64,000 nucleotides of DNA from Camelus ferus (lineage: Eukaryota), in NCBI RefSeq assembly GCF_009834535.1, contig NC_045698.1, forward strand, positions 13,642,001 to 13,706,000, written 5' to 3'. The notes beneath the pieces are model-generated. The model saw nothing but the letters and a program-made list of their open reading frames with translations, did no database searches and was not told the DNA's origin. Every line of letters starts with the position of its first letter. Within the stretch, counting starts at the first letter, position 1. Of the stretch, positions 24,120 through 36,340 are shown piece after piece. The position numbers and the translations under genes were made by a program.

Positions 24120-25420
24120 TTTTGTTTATAATTTGAACTGAAGTGTGAATGTAGACACACAGATGTAAATGTATATAAAGTAACAAACCATCTGTGCAGT
24201 TGTTTACACAAAGAAGTAGATCTCCAAACGTAGCCATGTACCCTGGCATAAATCCGCTCTTGGGGGTGTAACCACCATGGCTGAATTTTGCTCAAAATTT
24301 TGACTTTACATTTGTCCAAGTTGTAAGTAGGATTAGTTTTGCTCATTTAAAGTGTTATTCGGTATTGTGTTGTGTGAATATTCCAAAATGCATTTTTCAT
24401 TCTATTTGTGGTAAGTATGTCTCCATCTTGGGGATCCTACAAATAGTACTTTTATGAGTAGCCCTGACCACATCTTTGGGTCTGAGTTTATATGCATGGC
24501 TGTTACATCTGGAATGGAATTCTGAGTCGTAGAATGTGCACGTGTTTAGTATGGTGGAGCGGTCTGACTTGACTTTCTCCATGAAGAACGAGTCTAAGTT
24601 CCAGTTTCTCCATGTCCTCACCAACATTTGGTATTTTCATTCCCAGTGCCACCCCACCACATACGCCACAAGTTCATGTTCCAGTGATTGTGCAGTGACA
24701 CCTTATGTTAAGTTTTATTTTTCTTCTCTTAAGTTCATTGACATTATAGCTCTCCTTGTTTTGTGAACTGCCGTTTCCAGACTCTTGTTTATTTACTTTT
24801 TTATTTTCATTTTTTTCCTAACTTATTTGAAGGCATTCTGCATAGCTCTCAATATGATCTGGATATTAGTATTTTATCAGCAGTATATATTCCAAATATT
24901 TTCTTTCACTCTGTGTGGATTGCTTTTTTATTCCCTTAACAAGTGTAATTTCATGAGCAGAAGTTCTTAAATTTAATATTCAGTTGTTTTCAATCTTTTC
25001 TTTTTTGTGCTCTCTCTGTTTAAGAAATCTTTTGTCAGTTCTATCATCAGGAAATATATTCTTGAAATGTCTATAATTTATTATTTTACATTTCATATTT
25101 TGTCTCACAGTGTCCTGGGTTTAATTTTTTGTTGTTTATAGGTATGCTGTGGGGTCAAGCAGTTTTCCCTTCATATGGATTTATCATTAATCTAGATACA
25201 CTTACTGATGAGATAATTCATTCCCAGTATTGTCCCGTGCCCTCTTTATCAAGGACTTACATAAGTATGGCTCTATTTATGGACTAGTTATTTTGATTTT
25301 TTAAAATCTTTTTAGCTATCCTGGTGCAAATGTATACTCTTAATTACTGCTGATTTATATGTCTTGATATATGGTAGTGTATATTATCCATCATTGCTCT
25401 TCTATAAAGACTTACCTATA
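24120..25420 (-). mobile_element. Old LINE-1 (L1ME-like) 3' end and ORF2 fragment
   Basis: 'acatctggaatggaattctgagtcgtagaatgtgcacgtgttt', 'ttccagtttctccatgtcctcaccaacatttggtattttc', 'catgagcagaagttcttaaattt'. Confidence 0.7.
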
Positions 25421-26323
25421 TGATTATCCTATGGTTCATGACCAAGCCTCTTCTACTGACATATGAAACCCTGGTGAAAATATTAAATAGATACTGATTA
25501 TACTGATGTAATTTAATTACCAGAACCAAAGACATTTAGCATCATTAAATTCCTACCTGCAGTCTCCAGCAGTAAGTTTATAACCTCTGATGCATGAGCT
25601 GAGGGAGAAAACAGGCACTTTTTTCTCTTTAATTGTACTTTTAAAAAGCCGTGTTACTAAAGTTGATTTTTATCATCTGATACATCAGAAACTTAATTTC
25701 TGAAAAGTGAACAGAAAATTTTAATTTTGTTCTTCCCCACCACTTTAACCTACCAGAATTGGATATTCAAAATGTAAATTATATAAGAGTAGATACATTG
25801 TTCCACTGCTGTACCTCCTACTGTTCAAGTAAAAACATAGCAGGTGCTAGAAATATTTGTTCCAAAAACGAATACACATATACCAAATTTTTAAAAATAT
25901 ATTTTTACTTAACTTTTTTAAGCATATAAGAACTTACCAAATGAAAATGCAAAGATGCTGATTTATTTTATATATGCACTACTGCTATTTAATGACAAGC
26001 ATTCCCAAAGCACATAACTCTTATAGTTACGTAATGTAGAGTGTAGACTGAGTGAGTGATTTCCCTTGAGGCATATGCAAACATGATTCATACTCTTCAG
26101 GATGTTAACTCCAGTCTTCCTAGAGTGCATAATGAAATGTAGAAGATATAAAATTATAATTTTAATTATATCAGCAGTTAGGAAACAAGGAGGGAACCAG
26201 AATTACAGAGTTATGGAGAAGAAATGAAGTATTCAATTCATTGTGCTAACCTTAGACTAGGCCAGTATTTCGCAGTACATTCTGGGTCTGAAAGTTTTAC
26301 ATAATGTATACAGACATGGAATA

Positions 26324-26892
26324 CATGGCAGATAGAACAGTCCTCCCCAATATATCCACAGCTTAATCTCTGGAACCTGTGAATAGATGACCTCATGTGG
26401 CAAAAGTTACTTTGAATGGACCTTAAAAGATAGTGACCTTTCTCTGCATTATCCAGTTGGACCCCGTCTAATTACATGATTCCTTTAAAGCAGAGAACTT
26501 TCTCCCACTGGAGGCAAGAGTGATGAGGCAGCAAGGGTGTGGCTTGCTGTTGCTGACTTAGAAGATAAAGGAGACCATGAGCCAGGAAATAGAGATCGCC
26601 TCTAAAAGCAGAAAATGACTCCCAGGGGACGGCCAGCCAAGAAACCGGGACCTCAGTCCTACAACCACTTGGAACTGAATTCAGCCAACTCCCTGAATTT
26701 TTGTGGAAGCAGCTTTCTCTTTAGAGCTACTGGATAAAAGTTAAGCCAGAAATTCTGGATTTCAATCTTAAGAGACCCTGAGCAGAGAAACCAGTTGAGC
26801 CCAATTTCAAAACTGTGAAGTAATTCATTTGTGTGGTTTTAAGCCACATAACTGGTGAAAATTGGTTATGTCAGCAATAGAAAATGAATACA
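26324..26892 (+). mobile_element. MaLR solo LTR (MLT1D-like)
   Basis: 'taatctctggaacctgtgaata...tggcaaaag', 'ccatgagccaggaaat...gcctctaaaagcagaaaa', 'ggacctcagtcctacaacc...gaactgaattcagccaac', and the terminus 'cagcaatagaaaatgaataca'. Confidence 0.85.
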
Positions 26893-27544
26893 ATATCCAT
26901 CCAAAGTCAAGCAAGTAATTGTTTTAAGGTCCAGGATGTCTCTGTTTCTACATATTTCTCTCTCTCTCTGACTTTAATATTTCACTCCTCTGTAGTTCCT
27001 CTGGTCATGAAATCCATGAATGTATTGTGCTCTCTAATTTCTACAGTTTCAAGGCATCCTGTGGAGAAAGGGATCTATTTACCAGGCAAAGCATATGAGT
27101 AGAAATGGAAAGTTATACTGGGTGGTTTTTTGGCTTATTTCTCTGCCGTCTTAAACTATATCACCAAGGTCAGGCTCTAGTGATGGCGATACCCAGCTAC
27201 TGTCCTTATTGTGAAGCACATTCGATAGCCTTTGGGGACCCAACAGGACACTTTATATGACCCTCTGAGTTTTTCCAGTATCTTGTGGAAAGACATCATC
27301 TTCTCTTTCCATCTCCCCCTATGCACTGCATAGAAACTCATCTTTCTACAACGTAGTACATAGTTTGGTTTGACTTGAGACATAGCTCTGATTTATCATT
27401 TAACTCCACCTTCCCATCTTCCCATGCTTCTGTTGAAAAAATTCACACAGAAAATTGGTCAATCATTATAGAATCCCCAGCTGTCTGTGGAAATAGAATA
27501 TATAGTATGAACTGACCCCATGTCATGATTTTTCATATTTTATA

Positions 27545-27686
27545 TCTTTAAAATTGAAATCTGTCTCAGAATTGATTATTTGCCATGGTTTAATTCATAG
27601 ACTTACTATAGCTTCTTTCTTAATAATAAATAAAACAATGGCACAGCTGAACATCAATGTCATCCTAGATTTGATGCCATGCAGTC
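27545..27686. mobile_element. Possible Tc1/mariner (Tigger-like) DNA transposon end
   Basis: 'acatcaatgtcatcctagatttgatgccatgcagt' resembles a recalled Tigger-type terminus (catcttagattcgatgaaatacggta). Confidence 0.35.
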
Positions 27687-29249
27687 TATGCATGAACGTA
27701 TCTTTTAATAGATGGTGAATCAATGCATGAAAATATGTATGCATAAACAGGTACAAACATGTGTGTCCTTGTGAGAGAACTTTTACTGAGGAGATTTACA
27801 CACATCGATACATAACAGAAGCACACGCTTTTGACTTTACCGCCAGTACTACGTTACAAATGGACTAGAATGATCAGGGCCAGGGTTTTGGTGTTGCGGT
27901 CATAGTTTTTGTTTTGCTCCAAGAAACATTCTCTCTAGCTACCATTGCACATCTTCCTTTCTGAACAAGGGTTTCTCATACATGGAGCACTGGACAATAT
28001 TCTGAGATGGAAGGAAAACCTAGCTTTCTTCCTATTACTATAAAATATTTCATCCACAGAGAGATGATGGCTAAACATTTGAGCCCAGACATAAATTCTA
28101 GATGTGGTGGTGGAGGGGGAAGGCAGATAATAAAAAACATAACAAAGAATTAAATTTTTAAAGAGAAGGAAGAGAAAGTCAATCAGGAGAATAACTAGTT
28201 ATAGCATTTAAAGGAGAAGAAAGCTGTGTAACATCAGAGAAACCAACAGAAGCAGGAGCTTCTAATGGAGAATGTCAGTCGTAGGCTATATTTAACTTGA
28301 CTTATTCTTAATAATCTCTTTAATGATAAATCCAATATCAATAATCCATTTTTTTAAGTTAGACACAAGGATGTGATAGAATCCGAGAAATTATTAATGC
28401 AAGAGAACAGAACCAACTCACAAAATATGTTAAAAGCTATGCTTACGGCACTGATTTCTGAACACCGTAGCTTCTGAAACTAAAACTGACAAGTTAAACA
28501 AGGAACCTCAGAGTCATGTTTCTAAAATATGTCATTTACTATAGGGAATAGTGTAACCCCAAAACGCTTTAGACAAAAATCTTTAATATAGTAAAATTGT
28601 TTAAATATGTCATTTATCCATTAGGCTGTCAGACAACACTCCCACACACAATGAAATGCTTGCTTTTTGACGTTTGGAGTCGTGTGGGAAGATCTCTGCA
28701 CTGCACAGGCTAAAATAAGTGCCCTAAATATACTGTACAGAGACAATTTTCAGTTAGGAGAAATCATATGGGATTAATGTAAATAAATTCCACATCTGAA
28801 ATTGTTTTGGAAAAAAAAAGAGTAATAGTCTAGGCTTCAGCAATGTATTTGTTAGCGAAAGAAAAAAAAATACAAGTCAGGATTAAATAACAGCAACAGA
28901 GTAGAAATGAATGCAATTGAATAAATCCATAGCATACAATTGAAATGAAAAGAGAATAATATGATCTCATTAATTTCCTGACAGAAGGATTATTTGATTT
29001 AGAAGCAACCATATAATTTATTTTGATGTACAGTAACATACGATTCTTTGATAATAAAACACAAATGGCTTTTCCTATAAATCACATGTAATTCATTCCT
29101 GGCACAATTTTACAAGATAGTCATGTTGAGAGATATGGTCCACTATTAGAGAGCTAATTATATATAAAGACAAACTTGACCTTTTCAAATGATAGAATCT
29201 TGGGCCCAAAGTAGTCATGGTAACCAAAAGCAACACCACAAAGCTATCA

Positions 29250-29700
29250 CTTATTTAAGATTGTAAGGACATGTGTCCACTATTAGCCACTTCCCACAGA
29301 GTTGATAAATCCCACCACAAATTTGCAAGGGAAATGCAGTTATTGTCACTTAACAGATTGAAGAACTGAGACTCAAAATGCTCAAATAATCTTCCCTAGA
29401 TCACATTGTTTAAAAATGGGATGTTATGGAGTTTGGGGCCAGATATATCTCATTCCATAGCCTATTATCTTTCCACATAAAATATATATTTTCCTATCTG
29501 TTTAACGCATTATGCAAAATACTATAGACTTGGAACTGAAAAAAATTTTTAGGCCTAGTTATGAGATAATTTGGTTATAACATTAAATAGTTTGTGTATT
29601 TTCTCCAGGCTTAAGATTTCTCACCTATAAAATAAAGATGTTGGTATAAATTGCCTTCATTTGACTATATTCTACCCTTTTCTCTAAGCTCTAAATTTAA
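29250..29700. mobile_element. Two MIR fragments in opposite orientation
   Basis: Antisense core 'cacttaacagattgaagaactgagactca' at ~29345-29380 and sense core 'aggcttaagatttctcacctataaaata' at ~29605-29635. Confidence 0.6.
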
Positions 29701-29714
29701 TAAACTTTCCATTC

Positions 29715-30700
29715 TTTCAGTCAATCATTGTTTGAAAGATCACGTGCTTTTTCATTATAGGTGCTACAAATTTATGGTTGAAAAGATAATCAAAAGCCCA
29801 GAATTTATAAGTCATTTAATTATAAATGGTATGAAAAAATAAATATATTACATAATATATTTATAACATTTGTGTGTATACACAGGCATATTTGTTTGAT
29901 ATTGTTTATAACAATATACCTATATATGTGAGATAAATAAAATCAAGTTGGGAAACAGATTACGATTGAGGAGGAGTTTTTAAAGGTGTACGAAGATGGC
30001 TTTGCTAAGGTGATATTTGAACAGACTGTTAAGAAACGAGGTGATATTGTGCAGAAGAACTAGGGAATGTTGTCAGAGTCAAAGGAACAACAAAGGGGAA
30101 AGCCCTAAGGCCAGAGCGAGTTCCTTGTATTTCAGAATTTGCAAGAAAATCAGTGTGGCCAGATTGGAATGAACATCTCGAAGGGTATTCACTCCTCATC
30201 CACTCTACTGCAATCAACCAAGTCTGTACTGATATTTTATTTCCCTTTGATTCTGAGAGCTTCCCCCAGGACTTCCAGCTTCCACTAGTGTTCCCCTTCA
30301 GCCAATTTTCTATGGATTAGCAACAGAGGTGTATTGTACAGTCAAATCCTTTTCACTTGTTAAAAACTTCCAGTGGATTATAATCATATTCAGAGTAAAA
30401 TGCAGACTGCTTAAAATAGTCTAAAAGCCTCTTCATGTCTACTTGCTGTAGGACTTGCTGGTGAGTAAGTACTGAAGTGTCAGTAAAAGATGAGTCAGAA
30501 AAGGCTTCCAGATTTTGACCTCGCTCAGTAAATGATGGGGCCATTAACTGAGATGGAGAAGATCAAGAGAAACAATGTAGAAGAGAGAATCAGGTTCAGG
30601 AGAGCTGGACTTACTTTGTAGAAATGCATAATTGTATTCCAGGTGTGCTGAAGTCATGATGAAAAGACAAGAAATCAGGAGAGCAAATATTTTATGAAAC
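29715..30700 (-). mobile_element. LINE-2 element with an internal segment (30171-30440) in opposite orientation
   Basis: Antisense L2 motifs flank the segment ('aggtgatatttgaacagact', 'cagtgtggccaga', 'aggacttgctg', 'ggggccattaactgagatggagaagatc'). The middle carries sense L2 motifs ('ttaaaaacttccagtgg...tcagagtaaaatgcagact'). Confidence 0.7.
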
Positions 30701-31041
30701 AGAAGAATTCCAGTGCAGCAATGAGAGACAGCACGTATATAGGCTCATGAGTAGTCTTAAAGAGGGTGGAATTACTGAAGAGAAATAATGCTTGAGATGA
30801 AGCGATCCATTGTTAGGAATTTGTACCATTGTCAGGCACACGGAGAATAAACACATACACTCAGACACTAAGACTTCAAAGAAGGGGACCATTGTTCTTA
30901 GGGGGAAAAACTAGGTTTCAACTAACACAAAAGTTAAAGGGAGATTAATAAAAAAAAAAAAAAGATGGAGAGCATTGTAAGAATTTTAATTATGACAGAA
31001 CTTAAGTCCAAGAAACTAGAGGGGCATTTTTTTTAAAATAT

Positions 31042-31055
31042 GGGGGGGGGGGGGG
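31042..31055 (+). repeat. Poly-G homopolymer (G14)
   Basis: Directly visible. Confidence 0.95.
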
Positions 31056-31939
31056 TAGCAGGGAGGATGGTGTTAGATTGGGTCAAACTAAGATACATAA
31101 CAGCTCTACAGAGAGGAGAGTCTTGGATATCTGGTCAAAACTGCAGTAAATGAGCATAAATTTCCTCATGGGCTGAGTCCCCAAGGAAATATCATAGAAT
31201 GTGGACTCCTTAGGAAGCCAGTGTGTGGGTGGGAGGAGGTGGGGAGGACTAAGTGTGGGGCTAAGAGAAACGTATCAAGTCTTAAATGCACATCTAAACA
31301 CTTTCTTTCAGTTGTCCCTATTTCCCTTTCATGGTAGAAAATAGAAATATCTTTACTTCAATTATCTTTCAAGAACCAACAATATATAGGCTTTTAAGAC
31401 AAGTTAACTAGAAAATGTGGAAGATGGAAATTAGCATTGACTCCAACATGGTATTCATTTATAAATAGAATAAATACATCCTTCAGTGTAAATTGCATGT
31501 TACATTTTTGTGCTTCTCTCTTTTATGTATTTTTTGTTGCTATAGAAACTTCCTTCATGGAGCCATATAGCTACTTTAATCTTGTCAAGTCTTTCCTGAG
31601 GTAGAAATGATCAACAATTTTTTAAAAAGGATTCAATGAAAAAAAAACTGAGTTACAAAGGAAGATCTAATTAAGCAGGCATTCCACCTGTAGTCTCATG
31701 TACATGTTATTCTGTGCCTCTGCTGTGTGGGAGGAGACCAAGCATTCAGTATTTCCCCATGACATGAGTATAGTGATTGTCTTTTCTTTTCTTTTCTTTT
31801 TTCCTTTCTCTGAATCATTTGCAACATGGAATTGGCAAAAGTGAGTTTGGTTTAGTGGCTGATTGTGCTGTGTGTGATAACACACTGAAGAAGTAAGCAT
31901 ATATCTTGAAGTCAGATAACTCAGCCTTTTAGGATCCAG

Positions 31940-32150
31940 AACAGCTTGTTAGTGGAGTCAGAGCCTGTTAGAACCAGATCTCTTTAACTTGCCCACTTTG
32001 GGGTCTTGTCCTTTACTTAATCTCTTTCTGCCTCAATTTCTTCGTTAGTAAAATGTGTATGGCATAGGCTTAATGTGAGGGTTAATAAACATAAATCACT
32101 TACTTTCTTGTAATAATAAGAGCTCAATAAGAATATTTGCTACTACTGCA
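31940..32150 (+). mobile_element. MIR SINE
   Basis: 'ttacttaatctctttctgcctcaatttcttcgttagtaaaatg...tgtgagggttaataa...gagctcaataagaatatttgctactact'. Confidence 0.7.
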
Positions 32151-33317
32151 GATAATAGGATGCTTAGTGTTCCATAAAAAAAAAAAAAGAAAAGAAAGAA
32201 ACAAACTACTGTGTAAATAGATAGATAGATATGATAGATTTTTATCACATATACAGGAAAAGAATGTATATGTATTTGGATATTTTTAGCAGTTTTTAAA
32301 AATTTCAATCATATTAAAAAACCCAGATTAAGAATATACAACAGCACATCAAAGGCTCAAGAGAATCAAAAAAGAAAAAAAAAACAAAAAACATGGCATT
32401 GAATCGTGATCTGAAGGAAGGGATGAGGAGTATATACCAGACCACTTCTTTTTAAATTGTCAAATGACAGGAAATTGAATATTCTTGGCAATGCACTGGG
32501 AGACACATCGTTACTATTAAGGAGGAATCTAAAAATTAGAGATGAGCTGTCAAAGGCTGAATGAGATTCTGAAGGAACAATTTTTAAAATAACACATTCT
32601 GATAGGAAGTAAGTAGCACAAAGAAAATGAGAGGGAGGAAGGGCAGCAGCCGAAAGCTTAGAAATAACTCCAAAATGATAGTGAATCTTCAACTAGAGAT
32701 ATTCATGTGAGGCAATGTGCTTTCTCCACATTTTCAGGATTTTTCTAAAGCAATAGGCCACAAATTGAACATTAAATGTATAGTTATCCCTTTACTTAAC
32801 AAGCCTTCAGGCTGCTTGAACATTTTACAGCCTAGGCTTGGGGAAGAAAGAAGAATGGGAAGGCTCATGTGATAACAGAAACATTTCTAGCAACCACATG
32901 ACTCGCTGGCTGCCATGCTGGAAGTTTGAGAGGTCCAGTTGGGAAATGTTTTCACTGCAAAACTGGATCTTCGATTTCTTTACCTGGGTCTTCTAAAAAT
33001 ATGGAATAAATACCAAAATGCACTCAATAGTGAAAACAGAAAAGCTGCAACATGTTAGAAATGCAACATTCTAGGACTCAGGATAAGATGCTTATTACTT
33101 TTTAATTTTCCAATTTGAAGATGAGGATGATTAGGATGAAATGCTCCTACCTCTCTTATGGAAACATGGAGTCTCTTAGTTTGTTCTCTGTTGTTCACTG
33201 ACCTTTTCCCAGCTCCTGGAAAGGTGATGGCATGTAACATAAATGTTGGCTTAATAACACTTCTTGAAAAAAGGATGAAAAAATTTAAAGTGTCAAAAGA
33301 AAAAAAGAATAAGAACA

Positions 33318-33412
33318 TATATGTGTGTGTGTGTGTGTATGTGTGTGTGTGTGTATAGAGAGAGAGGACGAAAGGAAGAAAAGAAGGGAGGGAGGGAGGG
33401 AAAGAGAAAGAA
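33318..33412. repeat. (TG)n microsatellite followed by GA-rich low-complexity sequence
   Basis: Directly visible. Confidence 0.92.
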
Positions 33413-33479
33413 AATAAACAGATTTCTTCTTTACCTCAGAGCACACACACTTTTTCTGACTTTCATTGAGTTTGGATAC

Positions 33480-33700
33480 TACGTCTAGAGTCACAGCTTG
33501 TGAATCCAACCTGAGACATAGGCAGCATATTTGTCATACACTCCTGGACAAATTATTTAACTTTGCTACACCCAATTTCCTCATCTCTAAGGCAGAAATA
33601 ATATAAATACATAAATAATAATAGTTGTAGCATAGCAAAGCAATGTTTCTTGGTTTAACTGAGATAATACCAGCAAAGAGTGAGCATATAGTCAAATTGT
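33480..33700 (+). mobile_element. MIR SINE
   Basis: 'ctagagtcacagcttgtgaatcc...ctggacaaattatttaacttt...caatttcctcatctctaa'. Confidence 0.65.
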
Positions 33701-33869
33701 TGGAGGAAGTTTGTAATAAAAGCTCTAATTAAAATAAAATCATAGGACAAAATTAAAGTGAAAATCAAATGATTTTTAAAAAGAAATGGAATACAGTGAG
33801 AATAATCCCTCCAGAGACCCTAGCCTGAGAAGAGTAACTATAAATGAGCAGATATCTCATGCTAGGTTT

Positions 33870-33982
33870 GTTTATTTTTAATTTAACTGAAGTATAGTTG
33901 ATTTACAATGTTGTGTTAGTTTCTGGTATACAACATAGTGATTCAGTCATATATATGTTATTTTTCTTTATGGAGTATTACT
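33870..33982 (-). mobile_element. Severely 5'-truncated LINE-1 tail with a 10-bp target-site duplication
   Basis: 'tgaagtatagttgatttacaatgttgtgttagtttctggtatacaacatagtgattcagt' is the antisense L1 extreme 3' end. It is flanked by the direct repeat 'tgctaggttt' at 33860-33869 and 33983-33992. Confidence 0.85.
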
Positions 33983-34369
33983 TGCTAGGTTTCTTGACAG
34001 CTAAGGTAAGTACATAAACATGATGAGGACCCTATGAAAGGATGCTCACCAAACCATTAGGAAAAGACAGAGTTTTTCACAGAGCAAAATTTTTATGTAG
34101 GGACCTGAAACTAAATTGGTAGTGTCTTCAAAAGTACTATGTCAAGATGTATATAGTGCAAATAGTCACAAGGTTATTTCTCAACGTTAAGCAAAGACCA
34201 TAATGCTAAAACTGGGTTCTCTGTACTGTTATTATAAGAAGTTAGAGTATTGTCATTATGTAACATTCTAGTGAAAAATCTGTCAAATCTCACATCCCAT
34301 GCCTGGGCTGGGGTGGAGAGACTTCAGTATTCTTCATGGAAAGGACTAAGACTCTCTGTTTTCTGTATC

Positions 34370-34636
34370 TACAGCTTGCTGGATGGGAGGGCAGTGGGCG
34401 GATGAGTGAAATAAGTGAGGGAGATCAAGAGGAACCACCTTCCATTTACAAAATAAATGACTCTTGGGTGAAATGTCCATGGTGGGGAATATAGTCAATA
34501 ATAATGTAATATCTTATGTGATAACTAGATTTGTTGTGGTGATCTTTTTGTAATGTATAAAAAAAAATCGAACCACTGTGTTGTACAACAGGAACTAACT
34601 GTGTTGTAGGTCAATTATGCTCAAAAACAAACAAAA
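34370..34636 (+). mobile_element. LINE-1 3' UTR fragment
   Basis: 'gtgaaataagtgagggagatcaagagg...ggggaatatagtcaataataatgtaata...tgttgtaggtcaattatgctcaaaaacaaac'; similar to the tail at 57590-57840. Confidence 0.85.
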
Positions 34637-35239
34637 TATTGGCTATACTTCCTGTGTTATGCAACATAGTCTTGTAGTTATTTTTTATTCAAAGTTTCAG
34701 TTCCTGGTTTGCTATTGTCACTCCAGTCAATTCCACTGAGCATGTAAAATACTATTTCTATAGTGTTTACATCTCTTAAAATACAAATATCCAGCTATCA
34801 CCTTTAATTTAGGTCCTGAGGAAGTCATAATTAAAGGATTTATGGGATGTTAAAGTTTGTTCTGGTTTATCAAAAAAGTAAATGAGAATTATGCTGAGAA
34901 AGGCACAAGGAAATGATAGCTTTCTAAGGTTTATGGAAATCATGTAGTACATGAAAGTTTTAAAAAGTTATTATTCAGAAATAAGATCTGATTGTTCTAG
35001 TCTCTAAATGAACATATTCATATATGGATGAATTTCAGAATATTCAAGTTTGAATGGTAAATAAATGTGCGACGGCATTAGAAGATGATTGTTATTTTAT
35101 GGTGACAACTGTAAGCTTTGTGAAATAGAGTCCATTCAGACAATATTGGTGTAGTGACTTACGTGTTCTTTTTTCTTTTTTCCCCATCATTGGTTTCTGT
35201 AGAAATACAAATATATATGCTCCTTCTTGCTGACTTCTA

Positions 35240-36012
35240 AAGTAGCTCTTAGATGTTGGTCTTGGTAACAATTTTTTGGTCATGACACCAAAACCACAGC
35301 AACGAAAGCAAAGTAAATAAGTGGGACTTCATCAACCTAAAGAGGTTCTTCATGGCACAAGGGCCAGCAAAATGAAAGGCAACCTACAGAATGGGAGAAA
35401 ATATTTGCAAGTCACAAAGTTGATAGGGATTTAAATTAAGAAGATTAAGGAACCCATACAACTCAATAGTAAAACAACAACAACAAAACAATCTGATTTA
35501 AAAATGGGCAGAGTAACTGAGTAGACATTTTTCCAATGAAGGCACCCAAATGGTCAATGCGTACATAAAAAACAAATGCTTAACGTTTCTAATTATCAAA
35601 TAAAAGCAACCAAAAACACAATGCAAGATCACATCACATCTGCTATAATGACTATTACCAAAAAGATAAGAGATAACAAGTATTGGTGAGGATATGTATA
35701 AAAGGAAATCCTTCTTCATTTTTGATGGTAATGTAAATTGACTCAGCTACTATGGAAAACAAATGGAGGTTCCTCAAAAAGTTAAAAACAGATAAATTAG
35801 GAGTTTGGGATTCACTTATACACACTACTATATATAAAATAAACAATAAGAACTTACTGTATAATACAAGGAACTATGTTCAATGTCTTGTAATAGCCTA
35901 TAATGGAAAAGGGTCTGAAAAAGAATATACATATGTATAACTGAATCACTTTGCTGTACACCTAAAATTAACACAGCATTGTAAATTAATTATACTTAAA
36001 TTTAAAAAATGC
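35240..36012 (+). mobile_element. LINE-1 ORF2 3' part joined directly to a distal 3' UTR
   Basis: ORF2-like sense sequence ('atgacaccaaaa', 'aaaggcaacctacagaatgggagaaaatatttgcaa', 'tggaggttcctcaaaaagttaaaaacaga') runs straight into a 3' UTR ('taaattaggagtttgggatt...actgaatcactttgctgtacacct...tatactt'). Confidence 0.88.
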
Positions 36013-36017
36013 TTAAG

Positions 36018-36340
36018 AAACAGACTAACAGACATAGTAAACAAACTTATGGTTACCAGAGGGGAAGAGGGGGTGGGAAGGGATAAACTGAGAATTCGAG
36101 ATCTGCAAATATTAATTACTAAATATGAAATGGATAAACAACAAGTTTCTTCTGTATAGCACAGGGAACTATATTCAATATCTTGTAGTAGCCTATAACG
36201 AAAAAGAATATGAAAACAAATACATGTATGTATAAGTATGACTGAAACATTATGCTGTATACCAGAAATTGATACATTGTAAACTGACTATACTTCAATA
36301 AAAAAGAGCAAATTTGTAGTATAAATAAATAAATAAACAA
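36018..36340 (+). mobile_element. Second, younger LINE-1 3' UTR immediately after the previous tail
   Basis: 'aacagactaacagacatagtaaacaaacttatggttaccagagggg...tgtatagcacagggaactatattcaatatcttgt...aactgactatacttcaataaaaaa'. Confidence 0.9.
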
